Below, in pieces: positions 7,492 to 17,845 of a stretch of DNA of 58,828 nt; the stretch's first letter is position 1; each line of letters opens with the position of its first letter. The position numbers and the translations under genes were made by a program. The notes beneath the pieces were generated by a model, which saw only the letters and a list, made by a program, of their open reading frames with translations, ran no database searches and was not told the DNA's origin. The stretch is from an uncultured Candidatus Saccharibacteria bacterium. GTDB taxonomy: Bacteria; Patescibacteriota; Minisyncoccia; Phycocordibacterales; JAKAEA01. The stretch lies in assembly GCA_964532205.1 (NCBI GenBank), contig CAZHGQ010000002.1, positions 1 through 58,828 on the forward strand, read 5' to 3'.

Positions 7492-9378
7492 TTAGACTCC
7501 GAGGAGAACCGGAATTACAATTGGACGTTTTGCAGTCTGTTGGAACAAATATTTTGAAACATTATCCGTAACAACTTGTTTAACGTAATCGAAGTTAATT
7601 GGATTCATACCAACAACGGTATCCTCAATTGTTTTTTTGATGATGTAGCGAGTCTGCTGGAGTAAGTCTTGTGACTCACGTAAGTAGACGAAGCCTCGAG
7701 AAATAATATCGGGAGATTTTTTGAGCTTACCTGTTGAAGTGTTGATTGAGGCAATGATCACGAACATACCATCCTGAGCCAGCATCTGTCGATCACGCAA
7801 GACCACTTCCTGCATATCACCAACAGAGAAACCATCGACAAGTACCAGGCCAGACGGCGCTTTTTCCTTGAGCTTTACGAGCTTCGTGCCGCCTTCCTGA
7901 ATTTCAATAATTGAACCATTGTCTGGCACAACAATATTGTTTTCTGGAACACCAACAGCTTCGGCCAATTCAGCGTGTAGCTTTAAGCGGTAATGATTAC
8001 CGTGAATTGGCATGAAGAAGCGAGGGTTAATTTTGCGCATCATCCATTCCAATTCACCCTTGTTACCGTGACCTGAACCGTGAATATAGACATCAGATGT
8101 ACGGTAGTGAATGATTTTGGCACCCTGACGAGCCAAGTTATCCTTGAGTTTTTCAACAGATTTCTCATTACCAGGAATGATCGAAGATGAAAGCAAGACT
8201 GTGTCGCGCTTTGTTAATTTCAGGTTTTTGTGTGAGCGGTTACTAATGCGCATCAAGGCGGCAAATTCTTCACCTTGGGCACCGGTCGCCAAAATGATAA
8301 TACGATCAGGCGGATATGACTCAATATCTTGAGTGTTGATAATTGTACCTTTCTTAATCTTGAGCATGCCGGCCAGGGTGGCGATTTCAATGTTGGTTTT
8401 CATTGAGCGGCCTTCGAGAGCAACTTTTTTGCCATATTTCTCAGCAACTTCAATGATCTTAATCATACGCTCCATTTGTGAAGCGAAGGTACCAATGATC
8501 AAACGACCCTTAATATTTTTGATGATTTCTTCAAGGTTTTTATGAACCAATTTTTCTGGAGTTGAGAAGCCGGGGTTTTCAATGTTGGTTGAGTCGTTCA
8601 TCATGAACAACACATTCATGCCCTTAAATTTTTCGTATTCGCGACTTTCGGCATCTGTCGGTACTGTTTCGTTGTGATCGAGCTTCGGATCGCCTGGATT
8701 CACAATGGCGCCGTACGGTGTTTCGATAATGACACCCATTGAATCGGGAATTGTGTGAGTCACAGCAAAGAAGCGGACAGTTAAATTGCCGATTTTAAGG
8801 TGATCATCTTTTTCGACAATACGAATATCAAGTGGTTCAAGATGAGGAAATTCTTCCTGACGCTTTTTGATCATGAGCGCAGTTAAGTTGCGAGTGTAAA
8901 TTAGTGGATTACCAATGCGGGGCATGATGTAAGGAATGCCACCAGTGTGATCGAGGTGACCGTGAGTGATGATAACTGCACGAATTTTGTCTTTGCGCTC
9001 TTCAATATAGCGAGTATTTGGCAAAATATAATCGATGCCGGGAGTGTCGTCTTCCTGGAACTGGAAACCAAGGTCCACCACAATGATGTCGTCTTTGTAT
9101 TCGATCATCGTACAGTTCTGACCAATTTGTTCGACACCACCAAGAGGGATGATGCGAATATTGTCGCCGATTGGCGGAATTTTGTGTTCAGCCTTTTTTG
9201 GATGAGGACGATCTTCGCTCGACGTTGTTTTAGGTGCAGGAGCGTGCGCTCGCTCATGGCGGGGTTTGCGGTTTTTGCGGCCGCCGAAGTACGCGCCGCC
9301 TGAGCGAGCGCGACTAAATTGAGACCGCTGAGCCCGTTCAGGACTGTACGGACGAGAATGATGTTTTTCTGAATTCAT
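7492..9378 (-). CDS. rnj: Ribonuclease J (beta-CASP metallo-beta-lactamase RNase) with ~70-aa basic N-terminal extension
   Basis: ITHGHLDHTGGIPY (HxHxDH), beta-CASP region and C-terminal domain; 628 aa. The first ~70 aa are Arg/Lys/Pro/Ser-rich. Confidence 0.9.
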   Translation of the reverse strand: MNSEKHHSRPYSPERAQRSQFSRARSGGAYFGGRKNRKPRHERAHAPAPKTTSSEDRPHPKKAEHKIPPIGDNIRIIPLGGVEQIGQNCTMIEYKDDIIVVDLGFQFQEDDTPGIDYILPNTRYIEERKDKIRAVIITHGHLDHTGGIPYIMPRIGNPLIYTRNLTALMIKKRQEEFPHLEPLDIRIVEKDDHLKIGNLTVRFFAVTHTIPDSMGVIIETPYGAIVNPGDPKLDHNETVPTDAESREYEKFKGMNVLFMMNDSTNIENPGFSTPEKLVHKNLEEIIKNIKGRLIIGTFASQMERMIKIIEVAEKYGKKVALEGRSMKTNIEIATLAGMLKIKKGTIINTQDIESYPPDRIIILATGAQGEEFAALMRISNRSHKNLKLTKRDTVLLSSSIIPGNEKSVEKLKDNLARQGAKIIHYRTSDVYIHGSGHGNKGELEWMMRKINPRFFMPIHGNHYRLKLHAELAEAVGVPENNIVVPDNGSIIEIQEGGTKLVKLKEKAPSGLVLVDGFSVGDMQEVVLRDRQMLAQDGMFVIIASINTSTGKLKKSPDIISRGFVYLRESQDLLQQTRYIIKKTIEDTVVGMNPINFDYVKQVVTDNVSKYLFQQTAKRPIVIPVLLGV

Positions 9379-9379
9379 A

Positions 9380-11098
9380 TTAATTGTTTATAAATATTTT
9401 CCAAATATTATCGGTACTTGTATACCATTCAAATATATTGCCAAAACGTTCACTGGGCACGGAAATGCCGGTTATTTGCAGGCCGTTCAAGCTTTTAGGA
9501 ATGACGTAGATAAACGAAGGCGAATACAGGAATACGGCCGGCACATCTCTGGTGAGTTGGTTGTTAAGATCGCTGTATAATTTCAGTCGATCAGACTCAG
9601 TTTTAACTGAGCGCAGATTCTCAAGCAAGACGTCCACGCTTTTATTGGAATATTGGGCAATATTAAGACCTGGATCTGCGGTTTGACTTGAATGCCAGAA
9701 CGCGAAGAGATCGAGGTCACGATTGACCACTTGTCCGAACAAGAGAGCGTCGTATCGGCGGGGCCTAATGATGTTTTGATTCAAATAGCCGCCTTCGAAT
9801 ACTTTTATACTAACATCTACGCCGATTTTGCGCCACTCTTCTTTCAAAATGGTTGCTGTATTTTTTAATTCTTCGGCATCACCAGTGGTGATTGAAAACT
9901 CGAGACGTTGTGTGCCTTGAGCAGTTTTTTTGCTGCGAATACCATCTTCGCCAACAGTCCAGCCATGCTTATCGAGTAGTTGATTGGCTGTTTCAATTGC
10001 ACCGTTTAGAGGAATAGAAGAGGTGGCTTGAGATGTAAAGTTTGTTGGAGCTGCCTGAGTCAGGGGTTCAGCGTAACCGCGGAGCACATTGTTAACGATG
10101 TACTGACGGTTAACACTAATGTTGAGTGCTTGTCGAACCTCCTGAACAGCTAACACAGGATTTTCGCTTTGGTTAAAGAAGACACCAAACACACGTGGTA
10201 ATGATGAGGTTAAGATTCGAGCACCTCGTTCGCTTAAAGCTACAGCGTCATCAGGTGAAATGCTATTGAGACTGTCTATCTCGCGATGTTTATAGGCTTC
10301 AATAAGCTGGCTTTCGTTGGGGTAAAAATTGATGCTCAGATTGCTTATATAGGGAGCGGTTTGGGAACTATGCGCAGCCGGACTGAGGTGATAGGCCGTT
10401 GGACCAGAATCGTTGCGATCAACACCCGAAACCTTATAGAGACCAGAACCGACCGGCTGCGCATTTAGGGCATTAAGTGAAAATGTGTCAGCGGTAATAT
10501 TGGCCCATAGGTGTTTCGGTAAAATGCCCAAAGTTGTATTTTCCAAAAAAGGTGTATAGGGTTGAATTAAAATAAATTTAATTTCAGTATCACTGACTTT
10601 TTCAACAGCAACATTATCCCAGTTAACTTTTTTGACACTGTTGATTGCTGAATCCTGGGTTTTGTTGATTGTGAATAAAACATCGTCAGCCGTAATTTTT
10701 GTATTGTCGTGGAAATAAATATCGTTGCGCAAAAAGAAAGTGTAAGTACGGCCGTCGTCTGAAATTGTATAATGATCAGCCAAATCAGGGACGAGCCGGC
10801 CGTCCGGTAATTGACGCATCAAACCTGAATAGGTCAGGGCTACCAAATCTTTATCGGCATCAGTTACAGCTAAAAGTGGGTTGATAAAGCGTGGCACACC
10901 CACCACACCTTCACGTAAGCTGCCACCGCGTTGTGGCACTGCTACCATAAAAGCACTGTTAATTTTAACAAGCATACTGAGAACTGAGGCGGCAAAAATT
11001 GCCACCAAAATCCAAAGTGTTAATTGACCAGTTAGTGATAAATGCTGTAAGCGTTCATCAAGATTCCTAAAAAAAGGAATAGTAAATTTTGTCCGCAT
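9380..11098 (-). CDS. ABC-type solute-binding protein, family 5 (peptide/nickel type), membrane-anchored, no permease or ATPase adjacent
   Basis: 572 aa with an N-terminal TM and the typical SBP_bac_5 layout, including VGSGLYKV. Confidence 0.75.
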   Translation of the reverse strand: MRTKFTIPFFRNLDERLQHLSLTGQLTLWILVAIFAASVLSMLVKINSAFMVAVPQRGGSLREGVVGVPRFINPLLAVTDADKDLVALTYSGLMRQLPDGRLVPDLADHYTISDDGRTYTFFLRNDIYFHDNTKITADDVLFTINKTQDSAINSVKKVNWDNVAVEKVSDTEIKFILIQPYTPFLENTTLGILPKHLWANITADTFSLNALNAQPVGSGLYKVSGVDRNDSGPTAYHLSPAAHSSQTAPYISNLSINFYPNESQLIEAYKHREIDSLNSISPDDAVALSERGARILTSSLPRVFGVFFNQSENPVLAVQEVRQALNISVNRQYIVNNVLRGYAEPLTQAAPTNFTSQATSSIPLNGAIETANQLLDKHGWTVGEDGIRSKKTAQGTQRLEFSITTGDAEELKNTATILKEEWRKIGVDVSIKVFEGGYLNQNIIRPRRYDALLFGQVVNRDLDLFAFWHSSQTADPGLNIAQYSNKSVDVLLENLRSVKTESDRLKLYSDLNNQLTRDVPAVFLYSPSFIYVIPKSLNGLQITGISVPSERFGNIFEWYTSTDNIWKIFINN

Positions 11099-11129
11099 AA
11101 CGGAAAAGAAATTGAGATATACTCATTAG

Positions 11130-11366
11130 TTAGCGAATGATGAGAGCAACCAGGGTAGATGCTACGAATAGCACAACCACTAGGATGGTCAGATTGAAGA
11201 CAGTTCTCTCTAAACCACGACGAGTGTGTCCGACGTTGTTGAGGCCGTCAGAACCACCAAAAGCGCCACCAAGGTCTTCATCCGAATTCTGGATGAGAAC
11301 TAACGTGACGAGAATGAGAGAGAGTATGATCTGGATGTACGGTAAACTCGAGACAATGATGCTCAT
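11130..11366 (-). CDS. secG: Preprotein translocase subunit SecG
   Basis: Two TM helices flank LIQNSDEDLGGAFGGSDG. The start is set to ATG 11366 because the TTG 11402 extension would include the -10 box. Confidence 0.75.
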   Translation of the reverse strand: MSIIVSSLPYIQIILSLILVTLVLIQNSDEDLGGAFGGSDGLNNVGHTRRGLERTVFNLTILVVVLFVASTLVALIIR

Positions 11367-11374
11367 GGCTACAC

Positions 11375-11383
11375 ATATTAGCA
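11375..11383 (-). promoter_or_regulatory. Extended -10 (TGcTAATAT) 8 nt upstream of secG ATG
   Basis: The reverse complement of 11375-11383 reads TGCTAATAT. Confidence 0.45.
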
Positions 11384-11430
11384 CCTTTTTTAGGTTTTGC
11401 AATATCTGGGGTCAAAGATATACAAAAATG

Positions 11431-11479
11431 CTCAACCTCTGAAAAATGACAAAAAATTTGTCATTTTTCAGAGGTTGAG
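11431..11479. repeat. Perfect 23-bp inverted repeat with 3-nt centre
   Basis: CTCAACCTCTGAAAAATGACAAA-AAA-TTTGTCATTTTTCAGAGGTTGAG, about 100 nt upstream of the groES ATG and 65 nt upstream of the secG ATG. Confidence 0.9.
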
Positions 11480-11580
11480 AAAACACCTTACTTTCGACTT
11501 GCAGGCAAGGACACTAACTTGGTATCCTTCACCTCGAGAAAACATCTTTTTACTATTTAAAATTTCGACACGCACAATCT

Positions 11581-11901
11581 ATGAAAAACAAAACACACAA
11601 AGGTAAGACAACAATTTTGCCGCTTGGTGATCGGCTTCTGGTTAAACCACTTGAAAAAAGTTTAGAGCGCACAGCTTCAGGTATTTTTATGCCTGAAGGT
11701 GCCGAGAAAGATAAGCGAGAACAGGGTGAGGTAGTGGCAGTTGGTGAAGGTTGGTACACCAAAGATGGTAAACTTATGCCACTACGCGTTAAAAAAGGTG
11801 ATCGGGTTATTTACTCTAAATATGGCTTTGATGAGATAACTGTGGAGGGTATTGAGTACGTCATTGTTAAAGAAGAAAACATTTTAGCAATTATTAAATA
11901 A
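11581..11901 (+). CDS. groES: Co-chaperonin GroES
   Basis: ILPLGDRLLVKP ... GEVVAVGEG ... GDRVIYSKY; located upstream of groEL. Confidence 0.95.
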   Translation: MKNKTHKGKTTILPLGDRLLVKPLEKSLERTASGIFMPEGAEKDKREQGEVVAVGEGWYTKDGKLMPLRVKKGDRVIYSKYGFDEITVEGIEYVIVKEENILAIIK

Positions 11902-13536
<1,635 letters not shown>

Positions 13537-13540
13537 AAGA

Positions 13541-13572
13541 AAAAAGCCCGTCGGTAAACCGACGGGCTTTTG
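13541..13572. terminator. Bidirectional intrinsic terminator after groEL
   Basis: Stem AGCCCGTCGG-TAAA-CCGACGGGCT flanked by an A-run and a T-run. Confidence 0.8.
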
Positions 13573-13735
13573 ATGGGTCAACACCCTTTCTGTGATGGTG
13601 CAAAGAACAGTCAACGGCAAAGGACGGAGGCCACACATTTCGATGGAACTACCAAGTAATCCATCTAAGAGTGTCTTCTTGTGTCTAGGTGGTAACCATC
13701 AACCAACCTGAAAGGTTCCTCCTGTGCGCACACCA
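13541..13735 (-). ncRNA. Candidate ~190-nt structured sRNA of unknown family
   Basis: A minus-strand promoter, TTGACG (13769-13764), 16 nt, TATAAT (13747-13742), points into an ORF-free region ending at the bidirectional terminator. Local hairpins are readable, for example 13705-13717 and 13661-13692. Confidence 0.3.
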
Positions 13736-13741
13736 GCTAAA

Positions 13742-13769
13742 ATTATACACCATTTTGTGGTTACGTCAA
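13742..13769 (-). promoter_or_regulatory. Near-consensus sigma-70-type promoter facing away from lemA
   Basis: On the minus strand: TTGACG, 16 nt, TATAAT. Confidence 0.5.
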
Positions 13770-13819
13770 CAGCATATGATTGACAAATATGATATAATAC
13801 AGCCCTAATATAAAAACAT

Positions 13820-14380
13820 ATGACTATATCAATTATTCTACTTGTAGTACTTGCAATTTTGTTCCTCTATGCCATTGCCTCATACAATGGTTTTGTGACT
13901 CTTATCAACCGTGCCAAGGAAGCCTGGGCTGATATCGATGTTCAACTCAAGCGTCGTTATGATCTCATTCCAAACCTTGTGAATACCGTCAAAGGTTATG
14001 CCGCCCACGAAAGTTCAGCCTTTGAAAACGTGACAAAGGCTCGAGCTGCTTCAGTGAGTGCTCAGGGTGTAGCTGAAAAAGCTAAAGCTGAAGGTGAATT
14101 GACCGGCGCTTTGACCAAACTTTTTGCTGTAGCTGAAGCCTACCCAGAACTTAAGGCCAATCAAAACTTTTTGAGTTTACAGAATGAACTTTCAGACACA
14201 GAAAATAAAATTCAGGCTGCACGTCGTTTCTATAATGGGAATGTTCGAGATTTGAACATTAAGATTGAACATTTCCCATCAAACCTTATCGCTGGATTTT
14301 TCCATTTCACTAAAATGGATTTCTTCGAGCTCGATGAAGCCAACCAAGCGGCTCGCAATCCGGTAGAAGTAAAATTCTAA
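13820..14380 (+). CDS. lemA: LemA family protein
   Basis: N-terminal TM, then YNGFVTL ... DIDVQLKRRYDLIPNLV ... RRFYNGNVRDLN. Confidence 0.9.
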   Translation: MTISIILLVVLAILFLYAIASYNGFVTLINRAKEAWADIDVQLKRRYDLIPNLVNTVKGYAAHESSAFENVTKARAASVSAQGVAEKAKAEGELTGALTKLFAVAEAYPELKANQNFLSLQNELSDTENKIQAARRFYNGNVRDLNIKIEHFPSNLIAGFFHFTKMDFFELDEANQAARNPVEVKF

Positions 14381-14383
14381 ACA

Positions 14384-16033
14384 ATGCGTATATTCGCGTT
14401 TTTCAGTACGGCTCTCCTGAGCCTGCTTATTACGACTACAGCATTTGCTCAGACCACAGAGCATATTCGCTCTTTCGACGCGCAGATACAGATTCAGACA
14501 AATTCAAGTATTCAGGTTAAGGAAACAATTGTCTATGATTTTGCTGATCAACAAAAGCACGGTATTTTCCGCACGATTCCGGAAAAACTCGAATCCATTT
14601 CAGTTGTTGATGAACACAATCAGCCATACACATTTAAAGTTTCTGGTCAGGAAATAAAAATTGGTGATGCTGATAAAACGATTTCTGGCGTTCACACCTA
14701 CGTAATTTCATATACGGTCAATCGAGCAGTTGATTATTACAAAGATTTTGATGAATTGTATTGGAATGTGACGGGTAATGACTGGCAGGTACCCATTGAT
14801 TTAGTTTCGGTGCGAATTCAATTACCGCAGGTAATTCAACAATCTGATTTTCAAGCGAGTTGTTATGTTGGAGCTCGGGGTAGCACTGAGCGCTGTGGTT
14901 TTGCTCCAACACTTGCCGGTGACATCGTGGAAGCCGGAACCGAGGTGCTTGGTGCTGGGGAGGGTTTGACAATAGCTGTTGGTTTTCCAAAAGGTTTAGT
15001 CACGCCACCGACACGGGCTGAACAAATGTGGCAATTCATAAAAGAATATGGAATCTTACTGCTGCCGATTCTAGTTTTTGCGACAATGTTTTGGTTGTGG
15101 TGGAAAAAAGGCCGCGACCCGAAGGGTCGCGGCACGATCGTGGCCGAATACGACACACCGGATAATCTCTCACCACTTGAAATTGCCGCCGTCCTTAATG
15201 AGCGAGTTAAAAACAAAGATATTTCTGCCGAAATAATTCACCTCGCTACAAAGGGTTATCTCACAATTACCAAAACACAGGAAAAGGGTTTGTTATTAAA
15301 ACACGATGAATATGTTCTAACAAAAATCTCCGACAAAATCCCCGAAACTGAATTTGATCAAAAAATTCTCGCCGGTCTTTTTGGTGAGGCAAAAGAAGTT
15401 AAACTTTCAGATCTTAAAAAAGTTTTTTACAAAGAAATTTCCGGTATTACTAAAGCTGTGTTCGCATCAGTAATTACCAAAGGGTATTACAAAGAGTCAC
15501 CTCAAGCTACGACACTCAAATACATCGGCTTGGGCATGCTTATTCTCGGTATAGTTTTTATTATTGGCGCCATTACTGATTCGTTCAATGGTCCAGGTGT
15601 ACTGGCGCTCGGCGTCACATTTGTTGTGGTGTTGTGCTTCTCATTCATAATGCCTAAAGTTACCCCGGCTGGCGCTTTACTGCGAGATAAAATTAAAGGT
15701 TTGAAATTATATATGAATGTAGCTGAGAAGGATCGTATTAATTTTCACAATGCGCCCGAGAAAAATCCTGCACTATTTGAGCACTTACTGGCGTATGCAA
15801 TGATATTGGGTATTGAAGAAAAATGGGCTAAACAGTTTGAGGGTATATATCTCACACCGCCATCGTGGTACCACGATCCCTCAATGTCTGGCTTCAACTC
15901 AATGATGTTTGTCCACAACATGTCGACATTTAATTCTGTAGCTGCAACTACATTGGCTACATCACCAGGTGGCTCCGGCGGCGGCGGATTTTCAGGTGGT
16001 GGTGGCGGAGGTGGTGGCGGCGGTAGTTGGTAA
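14384..16033 (+). CDS. DUF2207-type membrane protein with poly-Gly C-terminus
   Basis: Signal peptide, ~200-aa outside domain, several TM helices and the tail GGSGGGGFSGGGGGGGGGGSW. It is the typical partner of lemA. Confidence 0.75.
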   Translation: MRIFAFFSTALLSLLITTTAFAQTTEHIRSFDAQIQIQTNSSIQVKETIVYDFADQQKHGIFRTIPEKLESISVVDEHNQPYTFKVSGQEIKIGDADKTISGVHTYVISYTVNRAVDYYKDFDELYWNVTGNDWQVPIDLVSVRIQLPQVIQQSDFQASCYVGARGSTERCGFAPTLAGDIVEAGTEVLGAGEGLTIAVGFPKGLVTPPTRAEQMWQFIKEYGILLLPILVFATMFWLWWKKGRDPKGRGTIVAEYDTPDNLSPLEIAAVLNERVKNKDISAEIIHLATKGYLTITKTQEKGLLLKHDEYVLTKISDKIPETEFDQKILAGLFGEAKEVKLSDLKKVFYKEISGITKAVFASVITKGYYKESPQATTLKYIGLGMLILGIVFIIGAITDSFNGPGVLALGVTFVVVLCFSFIMPKVTPAGALLRDKIKGLKLYMNVAEKDRINFHNAPEKNPALFEHLLAYAMILGIEEKWAKQFEGIYLTPPSWYHDPSMSGFNSMMFVHNMSTFNSVAATTLATSPGGSGGGGFSGGGGGGGGGGSW

Positions 16034-16040
16034 TACATAT

Positions 16041-16916
16041 ATGAATATCTATCACGAACAAAGTAAAAATGTGTTTCGAACCTGGTCTTTAATGACACTG
16101 TTTTTTGTCATAATCATTTTTATTGGCTACGGTTTTGCTTTGGCTTATAACGATGCGGCAATTCTTTATATTGCAGTCATCTTCAGCATCTTCATGAATA
16201 TTTTTAGTTATTGGTTTTCTGACAAGATAGTTCTCAGTATGTACAAAGCTCAGCCAATTTCTCGCGAGACAAACTATGATTTATGGAATACTGTAGAAAA
16301 TCTTTCAATTGCCGCTGGTTTGCCAATGCCCAAGGTTTACATTATCCCTGATGCAGCACCAAATGCCTTTGCTACGGGACGTAACAAAGAGCATTCAGCG
16401 GTGGTGGTCACAGCGGGCCTATTGCAAATGCTCAATAAATCCGAACTTGAAGGTGTGATTGCGCACGAACTTGCACATATTGGCAATCGTGACATTCTTA
16501 TTTCAACAATTGTGGTAGTACTTGTGGGTTTTGTCAGTATTCTTTCAAATATGTTTATTCGCACCTCATTCTTTGGTCGTCGCAGTGATCGAGAGGGTGG
16601 CAATGCAATCTTTGTCTTAATAGGTTTTGCGTTGGCTATTCTTTCGCCAATTGCCGTGACACTTATTCAATTGGCAATTTCCCGTAAGCGTGAATACTTG
16701 GCTGACGCCTCGGGCGCACTTCTCACACGTTATCCAGAAGGTTTGGCCAGTGCTTTGGAAAAAATTGGTAGTTACAGCGGTCAATTGCGCAATGCCAATA
16801 ATGCCACCGCCCATCTTTTTATCTCAAATCCATTCGGCAATCGCAGAATGGCTACGCTTTTTGCCACACATCCAGCGATTGAAGATCGCATCCGTATTTT
16901 GCGTGGTATGATATAG
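16041..16916 (+). CDS. htpX: Zinc metalloprotease HtpX (M48)
   Basis: HELAHIGNRD (HExxH), four TM segments and a distal EYLADASGA. The start is ATG 16041; the ORF-track extension overlaps the poly-Gly tail of the previous gene. Confidence 0.9.
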   Translation: MNIYHEQSKNVFRTWSLMTLFFVIIIFIGYGFALAYNDAAILYIAVIFSIFMNIFSYWFSDKIVLSMYKAQPISRETNYDLWNTVENLSIAAGLPMPKVYIIPDAAPNAFATGRNKEHSAVVVTAGLLQMLNKSELEGVIAHELAHIGNRDILISTIVVVLVGFVSILSNMFIRTSFFGRRSDREGGNAIFVLIGFALAILSPIAVTLIQLAISRKREYLADASGALLTRYPEGLASALEKIGSYSGQLRNANNATAHLFISNPFGNRRMATLFATHPAIEDRIRILRGMI

Positions 16917-16921
16917 GCCAT

Positions 16922-17620
16922 ATGAAATCTCCTCAAAAAATTACATTTGTTGTTGATGAAACAATTGATATCGACAATCATTTTATTGCTTTGCAAGCAT
17001 ATAAGCGAAATGCTGAGCGAGGTTTCAAACAGCTAAAAAACGAGCGATTTGAAAAATGGCTAAGTCTTGAGACTCATGAAGCAGTACGTTCTGAAATTAA
17101 AAAAGAGATAAGTGAGTATTATGCAAAAGGGGATTATTTGCTATCTCTCGTTCAGGATATTAATAGCGTTTGGGCAGAGATTGAAAATGATTTTATAAAA
17201 AGGCTTGAAAAAATTCATGGACAACCTTTTATTTTTCCACATATAAAAGGTGTGCTCTCGTGTGCAGGGAAGTTTGGTTACAATCTCGAGCATAACTGGT
17301 TTGCGACTGACATGTTGAGAAATAAATATATTGCTATTGATACCGCAACACACGAGCTCATGCATTTTATGTTTCATAGATATTTTGAAAATACATGTAG
17401 AAACGCAGGCTTAGCAGAACATCACATCTGGGATATTAAAGAATCTTTTACAGTACTTTTAAATCTGGAATGTAGTGATCTACGATTCAGAACTGATGTA
17501 GGATATCCACCACACGCTAGCCTGAGGGAGGTAATTAAAAAATCGTGGCAAGAAAGATCAGATTTCACTATTGCTTTAGAACGAGCCATTGAATCAAGTA
17601 AGCTATTGACAAATAAATAA
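16922..17620 (+). CDS. Hypothetical cytoplasmic protein with HExxH motif (possible metallopeptidase-like)
   Basis: 232 aa; the only recognisable motif is ATHELMHFMFH. Confidence 0.35.
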   Translation: MKSPQKITFVVDETIDIDNHFIALQAYKRNAERGFKQLKNERFEKWLSLETHEAVRSEIKKEISEYYAKGDYLLSLVQDINSVWAEIENDFIKRLEKIHGQPFIFPHIKGVLSCAGKFGYNLEHNWFATDMLRNKYIAIDTATHELMHFMFHRYFENTCRNAGLAEHHIWDIKESFTVLLNLECSDLRFRTDVGYPPHASLREVIKKSWQERSDFTIALERAIESSKLLTNK

Positions 17621-17697
17621 AATATTATATAGAATACGGACAAATTGATCTTTGTCATTTACCTCGAAAGGTATGTCTCACCGTCCGGGTAGCTGAA

Positions 17698-17725
17698 GGG
17701 AGAGGATCGTTTCCTCTCCCTTTTT
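17698..17725 (+). terminator. Intrinsic terminator
   Basis: GGGAGAGGA-TCGTT-TCCTCTCCC followed by TTTTT. Confidence 0.8.
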
Positions 17726-17758
17726 ATTTGCGTACAAAATTTGATATAACAGACCTAC

Positions 17759-17845
17759 GGAGAGATGCGAGAGTGGTTTAATCGGCAGTCCTGGAAAGAC
17801 TGTGTGCGGGTAACCGTACCAAGGGTTCGAATCCCTTTCTCTCCG
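17759..17845 (+). tRNA. tRNA-Ser (anticodon GGA), class II long variable arm, CCA not encoded
   Basis: The acceptor GGAGAGA pairs with TCTCTCC. The anticodon arm is CAGTC-CTGGAAA-GACTG, the variable arm is GTGCGG-GTAA-CCGTAC, and the T arm is AAGGG-TTCGAAT-CCCTT. Confidence 0.9.

Noticed and set aside
11379-11387. TTAGCACC, which resembles a CIRCE half-site near groES.
   Set aside because: There is no inverted partner at N9 spacing. On the other strand it is the extended -10 box (TGcTAATAT) of secG.
15745-16098. 117-aa minus-strand ORF containing a poly-Pro run.
   Set aside because: It is the antisense reading of the (GGN)n poly-Gly tail of the DUF2207 gene and overlaps the htpX start. It is an artefact of the repeat.
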